Below, piece by piece: positions 9,746 to 19,584 of a stretch of DNA of 64,000 bases (position 1 is the first letter of the stretch; each line of letters opens with the position of its first letter). A program made the position numbers and the translations under genes. The stretch is from positions 384,001-448,000 of the forward strand of contig CAVSZB010000008.1 of the NCBI GenBank assembly GCA_963732385.1, read 5' to 3'. The stretch is from an uncultured bacterium. Lineage in GTDB: Bacteria > Krumholzibacteriota > Krumholzibacteriia > LZORAL124-64-63. Below the pieces are notes generated by a model. The model made no database searches. It saw only the letters and a list, made by a program, of their open reading frames with translations, and was not told where the DNA came from.

Positions 9746-11013
9746 GAATCTGGGCGGTCATCCGGCGCGAGTATCTGGAGCGGGTACGCACCAAGGGTTT
9801 CATTATCGGGACCGTGCTGGGCCCCCTGCTCATGTCGGCCGTTGTCGTCGTGCCGGCGCTCGTGGCCGGCTCCCGGATCGGCGAGCAGCGCACGGTGGGT
9901 GTCATCGATGCCTCGGGTTCGGTTCTCGAGCCGCTACGCGCCCGTCTCGCCGACAGAGGCAAGGAGAAGGGCCGTGATGCGAGCCGGTACACGCTCATGC
10001 CGGTCAGCCTCGACGGGCGCACGTTCGACATCGGCGTGGCGGAATTGAAGCGGATGGTGCAGGAGGAGTCGGTGCACAGCGGGCTGGTCATCGCCGCCGA
10101 TTTCCGCACCAGCCGGTCGGTCACGTTCTACGTCAAGTCGGTCGCCGCGATGGGCGTCAAGGACGACCTGCGCCCCGCCCTCAACGAGGTGCTGCGCGCG
10201 GGCCGCTTCCAGGAGAAGGGCATCCCCGAGGAGTTGCGGGACTACCTGGCGGCGGGAAGCGAGTGGACCACGCTGAACATCGGCGGCGAGGGGCAGGAAT
10301 CGCGCGCCGGAGACGAATCGGCCTTCGCGGTCGCGATCATCCTCATCATGATGATCTACATGATGGTGCTGATGTACGGCGCGCACACCCTGCAGGCGGT
10401 GATCGAGGAGAAGAGCAACCGTGTCGTGGAAGTGCTGTTGTCGAGTATGTCGCCCGGCAGCCTGATGCTCGGCAAGGTGCTGGGCATCGGCGCCGCCGGT
10501 CTGACGCAGACCGCCATCTGGACAGCCGCCTTCTTCGTGGTTTCCCAGCAGGGGGTGAGCATCGGCAGCTTCAAGCTCGACACTTCGTTCCTGACGCCGA
10601 TCATCTGGATCTCGTTCCTGATGTACTTCCTGCTCGGTTTTTTCCTCTATGCACTGCTGTATGCCGGCGTGGGCGCCATGTGCAACACCATCCAGGATTC
10701 GCAGCAGTTCAATTTCCCGCTGATGATGGGGCTTGTACTGCCGATGCTGCTGCTCTCGCTGGTGGTGGAGGCGCCCGACTCGCCGCTCTCGATCGGACTC
10801 AGCCTGTTTCCGCTCTTTGCCCCGGTGCTGATGTTCATGCGGGTCTGCCTGCAGACCCCGCCGGTCTGGCAGATCGGCCTCTCCTGGCTGCTGCTGCTGC
10901 TGTCGATCTGGCTTGCCGCCCGGGCGGCAGGCAAGCTGTTCCGCCTCGGCGTGCTTATGTATGGCGCCTCGCCCACCTGGGCGACGCTGGTGCGGGCCCT
11001 GCGCCAGCCCTGA
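9742..11013 (+). CDS. ABC-2 type permease (NatB/YhaP-like)
   Basis: REYLERVRTKGFII start, VIEEKSNRVVEVLLSS...LMLGKVLG motif, multiple TM helices. Confidence 0.92.
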   Translation: MRIWAVIRREYLERVRTKGFIIGTVLGPLLMSAVVVVPALVAGSRIGEQRTVGVIDASGSVLEPLRARLADRGKEKGRDASRYTLMPVSLDGRTFDIGVAELKRMVQEESVHSGLVIAADFRTSRSVTFYVKSVAAMGVKDDLRPALNEVLRAGRFQEKGIPEELRDYLAAGSEWTTLNIGGEGQESRAGDESAFAVAIILIMMIYMMVLMYGAHTLQAVIEEKSNRVVEVLLSSMSPGSLMLGKVLGIGAAGLTQTAIWTAAFFVVSQQGVSIGSFKLDTSFLTPIIWISFLMYFLLGFFLYALLYAGVGAMCNTIQDSQQFNFPLMMGLVLPMLLLSLVVEAPDSPLSIGLSLFPLFAPVLMFMRVCLQTPPVWQIGLSWLLLLLSIWLAARAAGKLFRLGVLMYGASPTWATLVRALRQP

Positions 11014-11031
11014 ACGGGCGCCAGACGCTCC

Positions 11032-11068
11032 ACAGGCGCCTCCGTCGCGGACGGGGGCGCCTGTTTTT
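11032..11068 (+). terminator. Rho-independent terminator
   Basis: ACAGGCGCCTCCGTC-GCG-GACGGGGGCGCCTGT stem followed by TTTT. Confidence 0.8.
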
Positions 11069-11165
11069 GTATTTATATTTTTATGCTATAATTATCGAAA
11101 TGGAAATGGCTGTACGCCGCCAGTCAATGCTTGCTATATGGAGACAAATGATATTGGGTATCTTG
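11069..11165 (+). promoter_or_regulatory. AT-rich promoter region for the Ig-CTD/S8 gene pair
   Basis: Abrupt AT-rich stretch containing TGCTATAAT (extended -10) in a very GC-rich background. Confidence 0.5.
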
Positions 11166-11927
11166 ATGAACATGCGTCGTCCCGCCCCTCTTCGCAACCC
11201 ATGGCTCCTGGTCGCCCTGGCGGCGGCTTGTGCCCTGGCCACGGGGGCCCGGGCCGGCACACTTTCGGCGACCTCCGGCGCCGGGACGCTCGACAGCTGT
11301 TCTCCGGTCGTCGTGATCGAAGCCCCGGCCGGAGGTGAGGCCTTCACGGCGGCTGCCGTGGAGACCCTGCGCTGGCGCATCGTGGAGGATCTGTACGCCG
11401 CGGGCAGTCGTCCGGTGCGCGTCGAGTTGTGGGACGAGGCGGCCGTGGTCTGGGCCGACAGTGTGACGGCCCCGGTCGACGGCGCCGGCCAGCTGGCCTG
11501 GACCGTGCCTGATCTGCAGCTGCCGCGGGCGCGGCTGATCATCAGCGCGGTGGACGCTTTCGGTTTCGTCGGCGCTGACACCAGCGCCGTGTTCGCGGTG
11601 CACAACAGCCTGACTGACGTGCACGGCGCCAAGCCGCCCGCGCGCGACCTGCTCGCTCCGAACGTGCCCAACCCCTTCAATCCGCGCACAACGCTGCGGT
11701 TCGAATTGACCGCGGACGCGACGGTCGAACTGGCGGTCTTCGACGTGTCAGGTCGGCGAATCGCCACGCTCGCCTCCGGACACCGGGCTGCCGGACGCCA
11801 TGAGGCCGTGTGGCAGGGACGCGATGATGATGGTCGGTCGGTGCCGAGCGGCGTCTATCTCGCGCGTCTGCGCGTGGACGGTTCCCAGCGCGGTAACTAC
11901 GCCGTGCGCATGACCATGCTCAAATAG
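11166..11927 (+). CDS. Secreted Ig-like protein with C-terminal FlgD-Ig/T9SS-like domain
   Basis: Signal peptide ending ARA, P-x-GGE...W Ig domain, NVPNPFNPRT...W.GRDDDGR.VPSGVY C-terminal domain. Confidence 0.8.
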   Translation: MNMRRPAPLRNPWLLVALAAACALATGARAGTLSATSGAGTLDSCSPVVVIEAPAGGEAFTAAAVETLRWRIVEDLYAAGSRPVRVELWDEAAVVWADSVTAPVDGAGQLAWTVPDLQLPRARLIISAVDAFGFVGADTSAVFAVHNSLTDVHGAKPPARDLLAPNVPNPFNPRTTLRFELTADATVELAVFDVSGRRIATLASGHRAAGRHEAVWQGRDDDGRSVPSGVYLARLRVDGSQRGNYAVRMTMLK

Positions 11928-13997
11928 ATGGAGCGTCGCATGCCGTTCGATCCTCGCGTCCTCCGCCGTCGTGTCGCCTGCGTCCTGGCCGGTGTCGTCC
12001 TGGCCGGCGGCCTCGCCGGCGCCGACCGCCCCGGGCCGGACAGCGCCGCTGCCCTGCGCACTCTCGCGGCCGGCCTGGCGGCACGCCAGGAGGCATTCCG
12101 GACGCCGCTCTACCGCGAATTGCTCGCCGCCACCGACGGCCCCCAGGGGCGCCTCAACGCGGATCCGTCCCTGCGCCTGATGGGCGTGGATGAACGCGGG
12201 CGGCCCCGTTTCTACCAGACCCACAATCTGAACGCCGCGCGCACGCTCCAGGTGGACCGGCTCTGGCCGGGCGGCGCGAGCGGTCTCGCCCTTACCGGCG
12301 CCAACACCCCGGGGCAGCTGGCCCTCTGGGACGGGGGCGGGGTGCTGGTCGGGCATCAGGAGTTCGGCGGGCGGGTCGTGCAGATGGACAGTCCGTCGGT
12401 CACGAACTTCCACTCCACGCACGTGGCCGGCACGCTCGTGGCGGCGGGGGTCAATCCACTGGCGCGCGGCATGTCGCCCGGCGCTTCACTGCAGGCGTGG
12501 GAGTGGACTGACGACGAGGCGGAAATGGCCGCCGCCGCCGCCGTCGGCCTGCTGGTTTCCAATCACAGCTACGGCTTCGTGGCCGGCTGGTACCGCGACC
12601 CCAGCGGCGCCTACTACTGGTACGGCGACGTGACGGTCGATCCCGACGAGGACCCCGGTTTCGGTTTCTACGGTGACGACGCCCAGGCGTGGGACCAGAT
12701 CGCGGTGGCGGCCCCGCATTATCTCATGGTGATGTCGGCGGGCAATGACCGTGACGACACCGGTCCCGCGGCCGGGGTCACCTATTCCTACTGGAACCCC
12801 GCCACCGGCAGTTGGGCCCAATCCACGGTGCCGCGGGCAGCCGACGGCGGCGCCACCGGTTTCGACACGCTGCCGTATCGCGCGGTCTGCAAGAACGGGC
12901 TGACCATCGGGGCGGTTGCCGATATTCCCGCCGGCTATGTCGTTCCCACCGATGTGATCATGACCGCGTTCAGCGGCTGGGGCCCGAGCGACGACGGGCG
13001 CATCAAGCCCGATCTGGTGGCCAACGGTGTCGGCCTCACCAGCGCTGTCAACACCTCGAACTCGTCCTACGGCAACTACAGTGGTACGTCGATGGCCTCG
13101 CCCAACGCAGCCGGCGCGCTGCACCTGCTCGCCCGGCTATGGCAGGAGAGGCACGCGGGCGCCCCGGCGCGCGCCGCCACGCTCAAGGCGATCGCGATCC
13201 ACACGGCCGACGAGGCCGGCCCGGCCGCCGGCCCCGACTACATGTTCGGCTGGGGCCTGCTGAACGTACGAGCGGCGGCCGAACTGATCGTCGACACGAC
13301 CGCCGACTCGCTGCGGGTCCTGCAACGGGTGCTGGCCGACGGCGCTTGCGACACGCTGCTGCTGCAGACCGCCGGAGCCGGGCCGCTCGTGGCCACGCTT
13401 TCCTGGACCGACCCCGCCGCCACGCCGCCGGCCTGGTCGCTCGATCCCCCCGCCCCGCTGCTCCGACACGACCTCGACCTGCGACTCGAACCGGTAGCGG
13501 GCGGCGCACCGACCCTGCCGTACGTCCTCGATCCCGCCCACCCCGCGGTGCCTGCCGTTCAGGGCGACAACGTCCGCGACAATGTCGAACAGCTCCGTCT
13601 CTCCGCTCCGCCGGTCGACATCTGGCGCATCATCGTTTCTCACAAGGGGCACCTCGACGCGCCGCAGGCGTGGTCGCTCGTGCTGTCGGGCTTCGCGCCC
13701 ATACCGGAGCCGAGTGTCGACAACGTGAGCTTCGCCCAGCGACGCGACGGCAGCGGCCTCGTCGACATCACCTACGATCTGACGGCCCCCGCGGGCTCTG
13801 CCGTGACCGTCACCCTCGCGGCCTCCGCTGATGGTGGCGCCACCTGGGACCTCGACGTGTCGGCCGCGCAGGGGGACGTCGGAGTGGGGGTGGCTCCAGG
13901 TGCCGGAAGGCGGATCGTGTGGAACTTCGCCGCGGCGAACCCGGGGCGTTTCGGCACGGACTTCCGCGTGCGAATCTCGGCCGTCATCGTACCCTGA
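11928..13997 (+). CDS. Secreted S8 (subtilase) serine protease with C-terminal Ig-like domain
   Basis: Catalytic D (WDGG), H (HSTHVAGT), oxyanion N (SAGND), S (GTSMASP); RIKPDLVANG; start may be 11940. Confidence 0.92.
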   Translation: MERRMPFDPRVLRRRVACVLAGVVLAGGLAGADRPGPDSAAALRTLAAGLAARQEAFRTPLYRELLAATDGPQGRLNADPSLRLMGVDERGRPRFYQTHNLNAARTLQVDRLWPGGASGLALTGANTPGQLALWDGGGVLVGHQEFGGRVVQMDSPSVTNFHSTHVAGTLVAAGVNPLARGMSPGASLQAWEWTDDEAEMAAAAAVGLLVSNHSYGFVAGWYRDPSGAYYWYGDVTVDPDEDPGFGFYGDDAQAWDQIAVAAPHYLMVMSAGNDRDDTGPAAGVTYSYWNPATGSWAQSTVPRAADGGATGFDTLPYRAVCKNGLTIGAVADIPAGYVVPTDVIMTAFSGWGPSDDGRIKPDLVANGVGLTSAVNTSNSSYGNYSGTSMASPNAAGALHLLARLWQERHAGAPARAATLKAIAIHTADEAGPAAGPDYMFGWGLLNVRAAAELIVDTTADSLRVLQRVLADGACDTLLLQTAGAGPLVATLSWTDPAATPPAWSLDPPAPLLRHDLDLRLEPVAGGAPTLPYVLDPAHPAVPAVQGDNVRDNVEQLRLSAPPVDIWRIIVSHKGHLDAPQAWSLVLSGFAPIPEPSVDNVSFAQRRDGSGLVDITYDLTAPAGSAVTVTLAASADGGATWDLDVSAAQGDVGVGVAPGAGRRIVWNFAAANPGRFGTDFRVRISAVIVP

Positions 13998-14053
13998 CGA
14001 CGCGGCGCTCCGCCGTTTTCCGCCGGCCGCGGTCATTGCCGCGCGTACTCTCC

Positions 14054-14081
14054 TTGACTTGGTCCTCGCGCCTCATAACGT
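14054..14081 (+). promoter_or_regulatory. Putative sigma70 promoter of the decarboxylase operon
   Basis: TTGACT-16 nt-TAACGT upstream of ATG 14170. Confidence 0.4.
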
Positions 14082-14169
14082 TGCCGGCGCGCCCCCACGG
14101 CCATCCGACCATGACCTCTCACCCGCGGCCGTGACGACCCCGGGGACGCGTCCAGTGCAAGGAGACATC

Positions 14170-15713
14170 ATGGCGGTCAGGCGACGTTTCGAGGATCTCG
14201 ACGCGCGGCGCGCGGAGCTCCAGTCCGGCGGTGGGGCGGAGAAGATCGGGCGCCAGCACGAGCAGGGGAAACTGACGGCGCGCGAGCGTCTGGGTGTGCT
14301 GTTCGACGAGGACACTTTCGTCGAGTTCGGTCTCTGGGTGAAGCACCGTTGTCCCGATCTGGCCGGCCGGGAATTCCCCGCCGATGGCGTGGTGACCGGC
14401 AAGGGCGAGGTCATGGGGCGGCCCGTGTTCGCCTTCTCGCAGGACTTCACCGTGGGCGGCGGCGCGGTCGGCGAGCAGCACGCGGCGAAGATCGTCGAGA
14501 TGCTCGCCACGGCGCTCAAGTGCGGCGTGCCCGTGGTCGGCTTCAACGACGGTGGCGGGGCGCGGATCCAGGAGGGCGTCAACGCACTCTCCGCCTACGG
14601 GAAGATCTTCTACCACAACATGCTCATCTCGGGCGTGGTGCCGCAGATCTCGGTGGTCGCCGGGCCGTGCGCCGGCGGTGCCGCCTACTCGCCGGCCCTG
14701 ACCGACTTCATCATCATGGTCGAGCGCACGGCGCACATGTTCATCGCCGGGCCCGAGGTGATCCGCGCCGCCACGGGCGAGGTCATCAGCGAGGAGGATC
14801 TCGGCGGCGCGCGCGCGCATGCGGCCATCGCCGGCAACATTCACTTCACGGCGGCGGACGAAGAGGAGGCGGTGGCGATCGTGAAGGCGCTGCTGGGCTA
14901 CCTGCCGCAGAACAACATGGAGACGCCGCCCTCGCGCCCGTTCGACGGCACCGTGGTGGACGACGAGGCCCTGGACTGGATCATTCCCGAGGATCCTCGC
15001 GCGCGCCTACGATGTGAAGGAGGTCATCACCCGCCTGGTGGACGACGGCGTGTTCCTCGAGGTTCAGAAGGACTTCGCGGCGAACCTGGTGGTCGGTTTC
15101 GCCCACCTCGGCGGGCTCGCCGTCGGCATCGTCGCCAATCAGCCGCAGGTGATGGCCGGCGTGCTCGACATCAACGCCGCCGACAAGGGGGCGCGGTTCA
15201 TCCGCACCTGCAACATCTACAACATCCCGCTGATCACGCTCGTGGACGTGCCGGGGTTCCTGCCCGGCGTCGCGCAGGAGCACGGCGGCATCATCCGCCA
15301 CGGCGCGAAGATGCTCTTCTCCTATTCGGCGGCGACGGTGCCGAAGCTGACCGTCATCCTGCGCAAGGCCTACGGCGGCGCCTTCCTGGCCATGTGCTCC
15401 AAGGACGTGGGCGCGGAGAGCGTGCTGGCCTGGCCGACCGCCGAGATCGCGGTCATGGGGCCGGAGGGGGCGGCGCGGGTGCTCTATCGCAAGGAGATCA
15501 GGGAGGCGGCGGATCCCGCCGCGCTGCTCCAGGAGAAGATCGCCGAGTACCGTGCAGCAGCACGCCAATCCGTTCCACGCGGCGGAGGCGCTGCACATCG
15601 ACGACATCATCCGCCCCTCGTGGACCCGGCGCCTGCTGATCGAGCGCCTGGGTCTGCTGCGCACCAAGCGCGACCTGCGTCCGCAGAAGAAGCACGGGAA
15701 CATACCGCTATGA
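14170..15713 (+). pseudogene. Acyl-CoA carboxyltransferase (methylmalonyl-CoA decarboxylase alpha / PccB family) with two +1 frameshifts, likely sequence errors
   Basis: [47 protein letters not shown] and terminal KKHGNIPL* motifs spread over three frames; shifts near 15000 and 15555. Confidence 0.88.
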
Positions 15714-16026
15714 TGGCTCAACAATCGATCCTGGCTCGTCGCTCTGTCAGCCTTCGCGCTCGTTATTCGCGGCGTTGGGCCTGCTGGCGCTGCTGCTGTT
15801 CGCCCTGCGCGCGCTGGCCGTGCGCACGGCGCGCAGCGCGACTGCGGTGCCGGACGCCGAGTTCGATCCGGAAATTCTCGCGGTTCTGGCCGCCGCCGCC
15901 TACGCGGTGCTCGGCGCGCCGGTCCGCATCCACCGCGTCCACGTCCACGGCGAACCGGCCGGCCAGGCCTGGGAGCGCGCGGGACGCATGGACATCATGG
16001 TCTCCCACCGGGTGGGTCCGAAATGA
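15713..16026 (+). pseudogene. OadG/MmdD-like small membrane subunit, frameshifted at 5' end
   Basis: TM helix split over frames ([10 protein letters not shown] / [14 protein letters not shown]), [12 protein letters not shown] and AWERAGR motifs; position between alpha and biotin carrier. Confidence 0.7.
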
Positions 16027-16466
16027 AGAAACTGCGCCTGACGATGAACGGGAAGATCTACGAGGTGACGGTGGAAGTGCTCGAGGACGACGAGCAGTAT
16101 GTCACCGGCGCCAACCTGCCCTCGTCCCTGCCGACGGCGCCGGGCCGCTCGCGCGGGCGGAAGACCGAGCAGGCAGCCGAGCCGGCGCCGACCGGCTCGG
16201 TCGCCAGGCGCCGCGCGCCCGCCGGTGCGCCAGCCGGCATCGATCCCAACAACATCCTGGCGCCGATCGCCGGCACCGTGCAGAAGGTGTTCGTGCAGAC
16301 GGGTGCCACGGTCGAGGAGAAGACCCCGGTCATCATGCTCGACGCCATGAAGATGGACACCTACATCTACGCTCCGCGCAGCGGACTCGTGGCGGAGGTC
16401 TGCGTGGCGCCCGGCGACACCGTGCAGGTCGGCACGGTGCTGATCCGTTACCGGACGGAGGGCTGA
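16023..16466 (+). CDS. Biotin carboxyl carrier subunit (MmdC-like)
   Basis: [18 protein letters not shown]-terminus, Ala/Pro linker, APIAGTV...DAMKM biotinylation motif. Confidence 0.9.
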   Translation: MKKLRLTMNGKIYEVTVEVLEDDEQYVTGANLPSSLPTAPGRSRGRKTEQAAEPAPTGSVARRRAPAGAPAGIDPNNILAPIAGTVQKVFVQTGATVEEKTPVIMLDAMKMDTYIYAPRSGLVAEVCVAPGDTVQVGTVLIRYRTEG

Positions 16467-16467
16467 C

Positions 16468-17588
16468 GTGGAAGTCCTCTGGACCTCGACCGGGCTGGCG
16501 CACATCACCTGGCGCGAACTGGTGATGCTGGGCGTGGCCTGCGTGCTGCTCTGGCTCGCCATCCAGGCGTAGGTTCGAGCCGCTGTTGCTGGTGCCGATC
16601 GGCTTCGGCGCGCTGATGGCCAACCTGCCGCTTGCCGGACTGATGAGCCCCGGCGGTCCCGGCGAGCCGGGCGGCCTCTTCCACTACCTGTTCGCCGGGG
16701 TCAGGCTGGAGATCTTCCCGCCGCTCATCTTCCTCGGACTCGGGGCGCTGACCGACTTCGGCCCTTTGCTGTCGAATCCGAAGACGTTCTTCCTCGGGGC
16801 CGCGGCGCAGCTCGGTGTGTTCGGCACCTTCCTGGCGGCCCATGCGCATGGGCTTCACGCCGCAGGAGGCCGCTTCGATCGGCATCATCGGCGGCGCCGA
16901 CGGGCCGACCTCCATCTACCTGACGATGAAGCTGGCGCCGCACCTGCTCGGGGCGATCGCCGTCTCGGCGTATTCGTACATGGCGCTGGTGCCGCTCATC
17001 CAGCCGCCGATCATGCGGCTGCTGACGACGAAGCGGGAACGCGCGATCCGCATGGAGAGCAATTTCGAAGTGCCGCGCTGGATCCGGATCATCTTCCCGA
17101 TCGGCGTTACGATCGTCGGTGCGCTGATCGTGCCGGCGGCGACAAGTCTCATCGGTCTGCTCATGTTCGGCAATCTGCTGCGCGAGTGCGGCGTGACCGA
17201 GCGGTTGACCCGCTCCGCGCAGAACGAGCTGATCAACCTGATCACGATCGTCCTCGGGCTATGCGTGGGCGTGACGATGGATGGCGAGAGCTTCCTGCGG
17301 ACCGAGACCCTGAAGATCCTCGTGCTCGGTTGCGTGGCGTTTTCGCTGTCCACGGCGGGCGGGGTCCTGCTTGGCAAGCTGATGGCGCGCCTGCCGGGCA
17401 GCCCGGTCAATCCGCTCATCGGCGCTGCGGGGGTGTCGGCGGTGCCGATGGCGGCCCGGGTGGCGCACAACGTGGCGCAGGAGACCGATCCCAACAACTA
17501 CCTGCTCATGCACGCGATGGGGCCTAACGTGGCCGGGGTGATCGGCTCGGCAGTGGCGGCGGGAGGGCTGCTCGCGCTCCTGAAGTAG
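16468..17588 (+). pseudogene. Na+-translocating decarboxylase beta subunit (OadB/MmdB) with two +1 frameshifts, likely sequence errors
   Basis: [71 protein letters not shown] across three frames; shifts near 16565 and 16842. Confidence 0.9.
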
Positions 17589-17592
17589 CCCG

Positions 17593-18075
17593 CTACGGGG
17601 CGAAGGAGATATCGTCCGGCAGCTCGTTCACGTCGTCTTCGCGGTGCGGGAAGTGCAGGCGCAGGCGTTCGCCGATCATCGCCACGCCGGTGGCGAGGCC
17701 GTCGGCCGGACGATCGTCGGCGAAGGCCGGCAGCATCGCCTCGACGACCTCGTGCCAGAAGACTTCGCCGACCTGCGCGTGCAGGCCTTCGTCGCCCACC
17801 ACGGCGAGGGTGCGCCGCCGCAGCGCCAGATAGATGAGCACGCCGTCGTGTGCCGCCGTGCGGTGCATGCCCAGCCGCGCGAACATGTCGCGAGCGCGTC
17901 GGTAGGCATCGCCCGCGGCGGGGCCGCGCCGCGGCAGATCGCGCTCCACGTGAACCCTGATCTCCCCGCTGGTGCGCGACTCCGCAGCCTGGATAGCGGC
18001 GCGGATGCGCTCCTGCTCCTCCGGCGTAAAATAGCTTTTTGGCACATCGCTGCGCCGGCCGTCCGCCTCCGTCAT
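17593..18075 (-). CDS. TPM domain protein
   Basis: IRAAIQAAESRTSGEIRVHVE and NELPDDIS motifs. Confidence 0.88.
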   Translation of the reverse strand: MTEADGRRSDVPKSYFTPEEQERIRAAIQAAESRTSGEIRVHVERDLPRRGPAAGDAYRRARDMFARLGMHRTAAHDGVLIYLALRRRTLAVVGDEGLHAQVGEVFWHEVVEAMLPAFADDRPADGLATGVAMIGERLRLHFPHREDDVNELPDDISFAP

Positions 18076-18077
18076 GG

Positions 18078-18860
18078 TCACCAACCTCCGCTCGCGCCGC
18101 CGCCGCCGGACATGCCTCCGCCGCCGGAGAACCCGCCGAACCCGCCGCCGCCGCCTCCGCTCCAGCCACCGCCGCCCCCGCCGCGGGTGGAGTCGAGCAG
18201 GGCGGAAGCGATGATGAGCGGTCCTAGTCCGCCGCCGCCGCGGTTGCGGGCGATCCGCGTCAGGATGAAGAAGAAGAGCAGGAACGGGATCACGCCGTAG
18301 CCGCGGCCGCGCTTGCCGCCCGCGGCGCGGTTTGGCGTGGCGCCGCGGGCGAGCGGGTCGCCGGGCGCCACCGCGCCGGCGACCTGCCGGATCACGAACG
18401 CGAAACGCGCGGCAGCCGGGTCACGCGGCATTTCCATCATGCGGCGCAGGATCCGGCTCGCCACCACGTCGGGCAGGGAGTCCTCGAGACCGTAGCCGAC
18501 CTCGATGCGGCTCTGCCCCTCGCGCGGAAAGACCGCGAACAGCACGCCGCGATCGCGTCCCTTGCGGCCGATGCCCCAGGATTCGTAGAGGCGGGTGACC
18601 GTGGTTTCGATGTCGCCCTCGAGTTCCGGCAGAACTGTCACCACGAACTGGATTCCCGTGCGCTGCTCGAACCCGGCGAGCGCGTCGGCGAGACGGGTGG
18701 CGTCCGTGCCCGCCACGAGGCCCGTGCGGTCGTCGAAATGCCGCGCGGGCGGCGCCGGCAGGTCGGCCGCGGTCGCCGGCAGTGCGCCGACCGCCAGCAG
18801 CAGCAGGAGCGCTCCCGCCGCCGCCGGCTTCCCCGTCCGTATGCTCCGTCGCCGGATCAT
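18078..18860 (-). CDS. TPM domain protein (YgcG family) with Gly-rich tail
   Basis: WGIGRKGRDRGVL, RIEVGYGLE, GGFGGFSGGGGMSGGGGASGGW tail. Confidence 0.9.
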   Translation of the reverse strand: MIRRRSIRTGKPAAAGALLLLLAVGALPATAADLPAPPARHFDDRTGLVAGTDATRLADALAGFEQRTGIQFVVTVLPELEGDIETTVTRLYESWGIGRKGRDRGVLFAVFPREGQSRIEVGYGLEDSLPDVVASRILRRMMEMPRDPAAARFAFVIRQVAGAVAPGDPLARGATPNRAAGGKRGRGYGVIPFLLFFFILTRIARNRGGGGLGPLIIASALLDSTRGGGGGGWSGGGGGGFGGFSGGGGMSGGGGASGGW

Positions 18861-18898
18861 GCCACGCTCCCCTTGCCGCCCCACGCGGCGGTCGCAGT

Positions 18899-19495
18899 TC
18901 AGAACTGCACCTTGGGCGCTGTTTCGGCCCCGGCAGCGGCCTCGAAGTACCCCTTCTTCGTGAACTTGAACATTCCTGCCAGGATGTTGGTCGGGAAGCG
19001 GCGGATGCTCGTGTTATAGTTCTGCGCCATCTCGTTGAAGCGGCGTCTCTCCTGCGCGATCCGGTTCTCGGTGCCCTCGAGTTGCGCCTGCAGGTCGAGG
19101 AAGTTCTGGTTCGCCTTCAGATCCGGGTACTGCTCCACCACGACCATCAGACGGGCCATCGCGGAACCGAGATTCTGCTGCGCGGCCTGGAATTTCGCCA
19201 TCAACTGCGGATCGTTCAGGGTCTCGGGAGTGAGTTGGGCCTGGACCTGGGTCGCCTCTGCGCGCGCCTTGATCACGGCTTCGAATGTCTCGCGCTCGTG
19301 CGCGGCGTAGCCCTTCACGGTCTCGACGAGATTGGGGATCAGGTCCGACCGGCGCTGGTAGACGTTCTCCACGTTGCCCCACTGGCCGCTGACCTGCTCC
19401 TGCAGCGAGACCAGGCGGTTGTACTGCCCCGTGAAGCCCATCACGACGAAAGCGATGACAGCCAGAACCACGATCAGGGGAATCAGCTTCCTCAT
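18899..19495 (-). CDS. lemA: LemA family protein
   Basis: YQRRSDLIPNLVETVKGYAAHE, YPDLKANQNF, LEGTENRI motifs. Confidence 0.95.
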   Translation of the reverse strand: MRKLIPLIVVLAVIAFVVMGFTGQYNRLVSLQEQVSGQWGNVENVYQRRSDLIPNLVETVKGYAAHERETFEAVIKARAEATQVQAQLTPETLNDPQLMAKFQAAQQNLGSAMARLMVVVEQYPDLKANQNFLDLQAQLEGTENRIAQERRRFNEMAQNYNTSIRRFPTNILAGMFKFTKKGYFEAAAGAETAPKVQF

Positions 19496-19584
19496 AATCA
19501 ATCTGCCTCCTGTGGGTGGATCGCTGCGACCAGGCGGCTCTACACGCGTCCGGCACATCCTATTCGCAGAACGGGGGCGCCGCC

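Noticed and set aside
14990..16860. Programmed ribosomal frameshifting
   Set aside because: Six sites in three genes share no slippery motif, and several successive shifts would be implausibly inefficient
18085..18245. GGC/CCG low-complexity repeats
   Set aside because: They encode the normal Gly-rich tail of YgcG/TPM proteins
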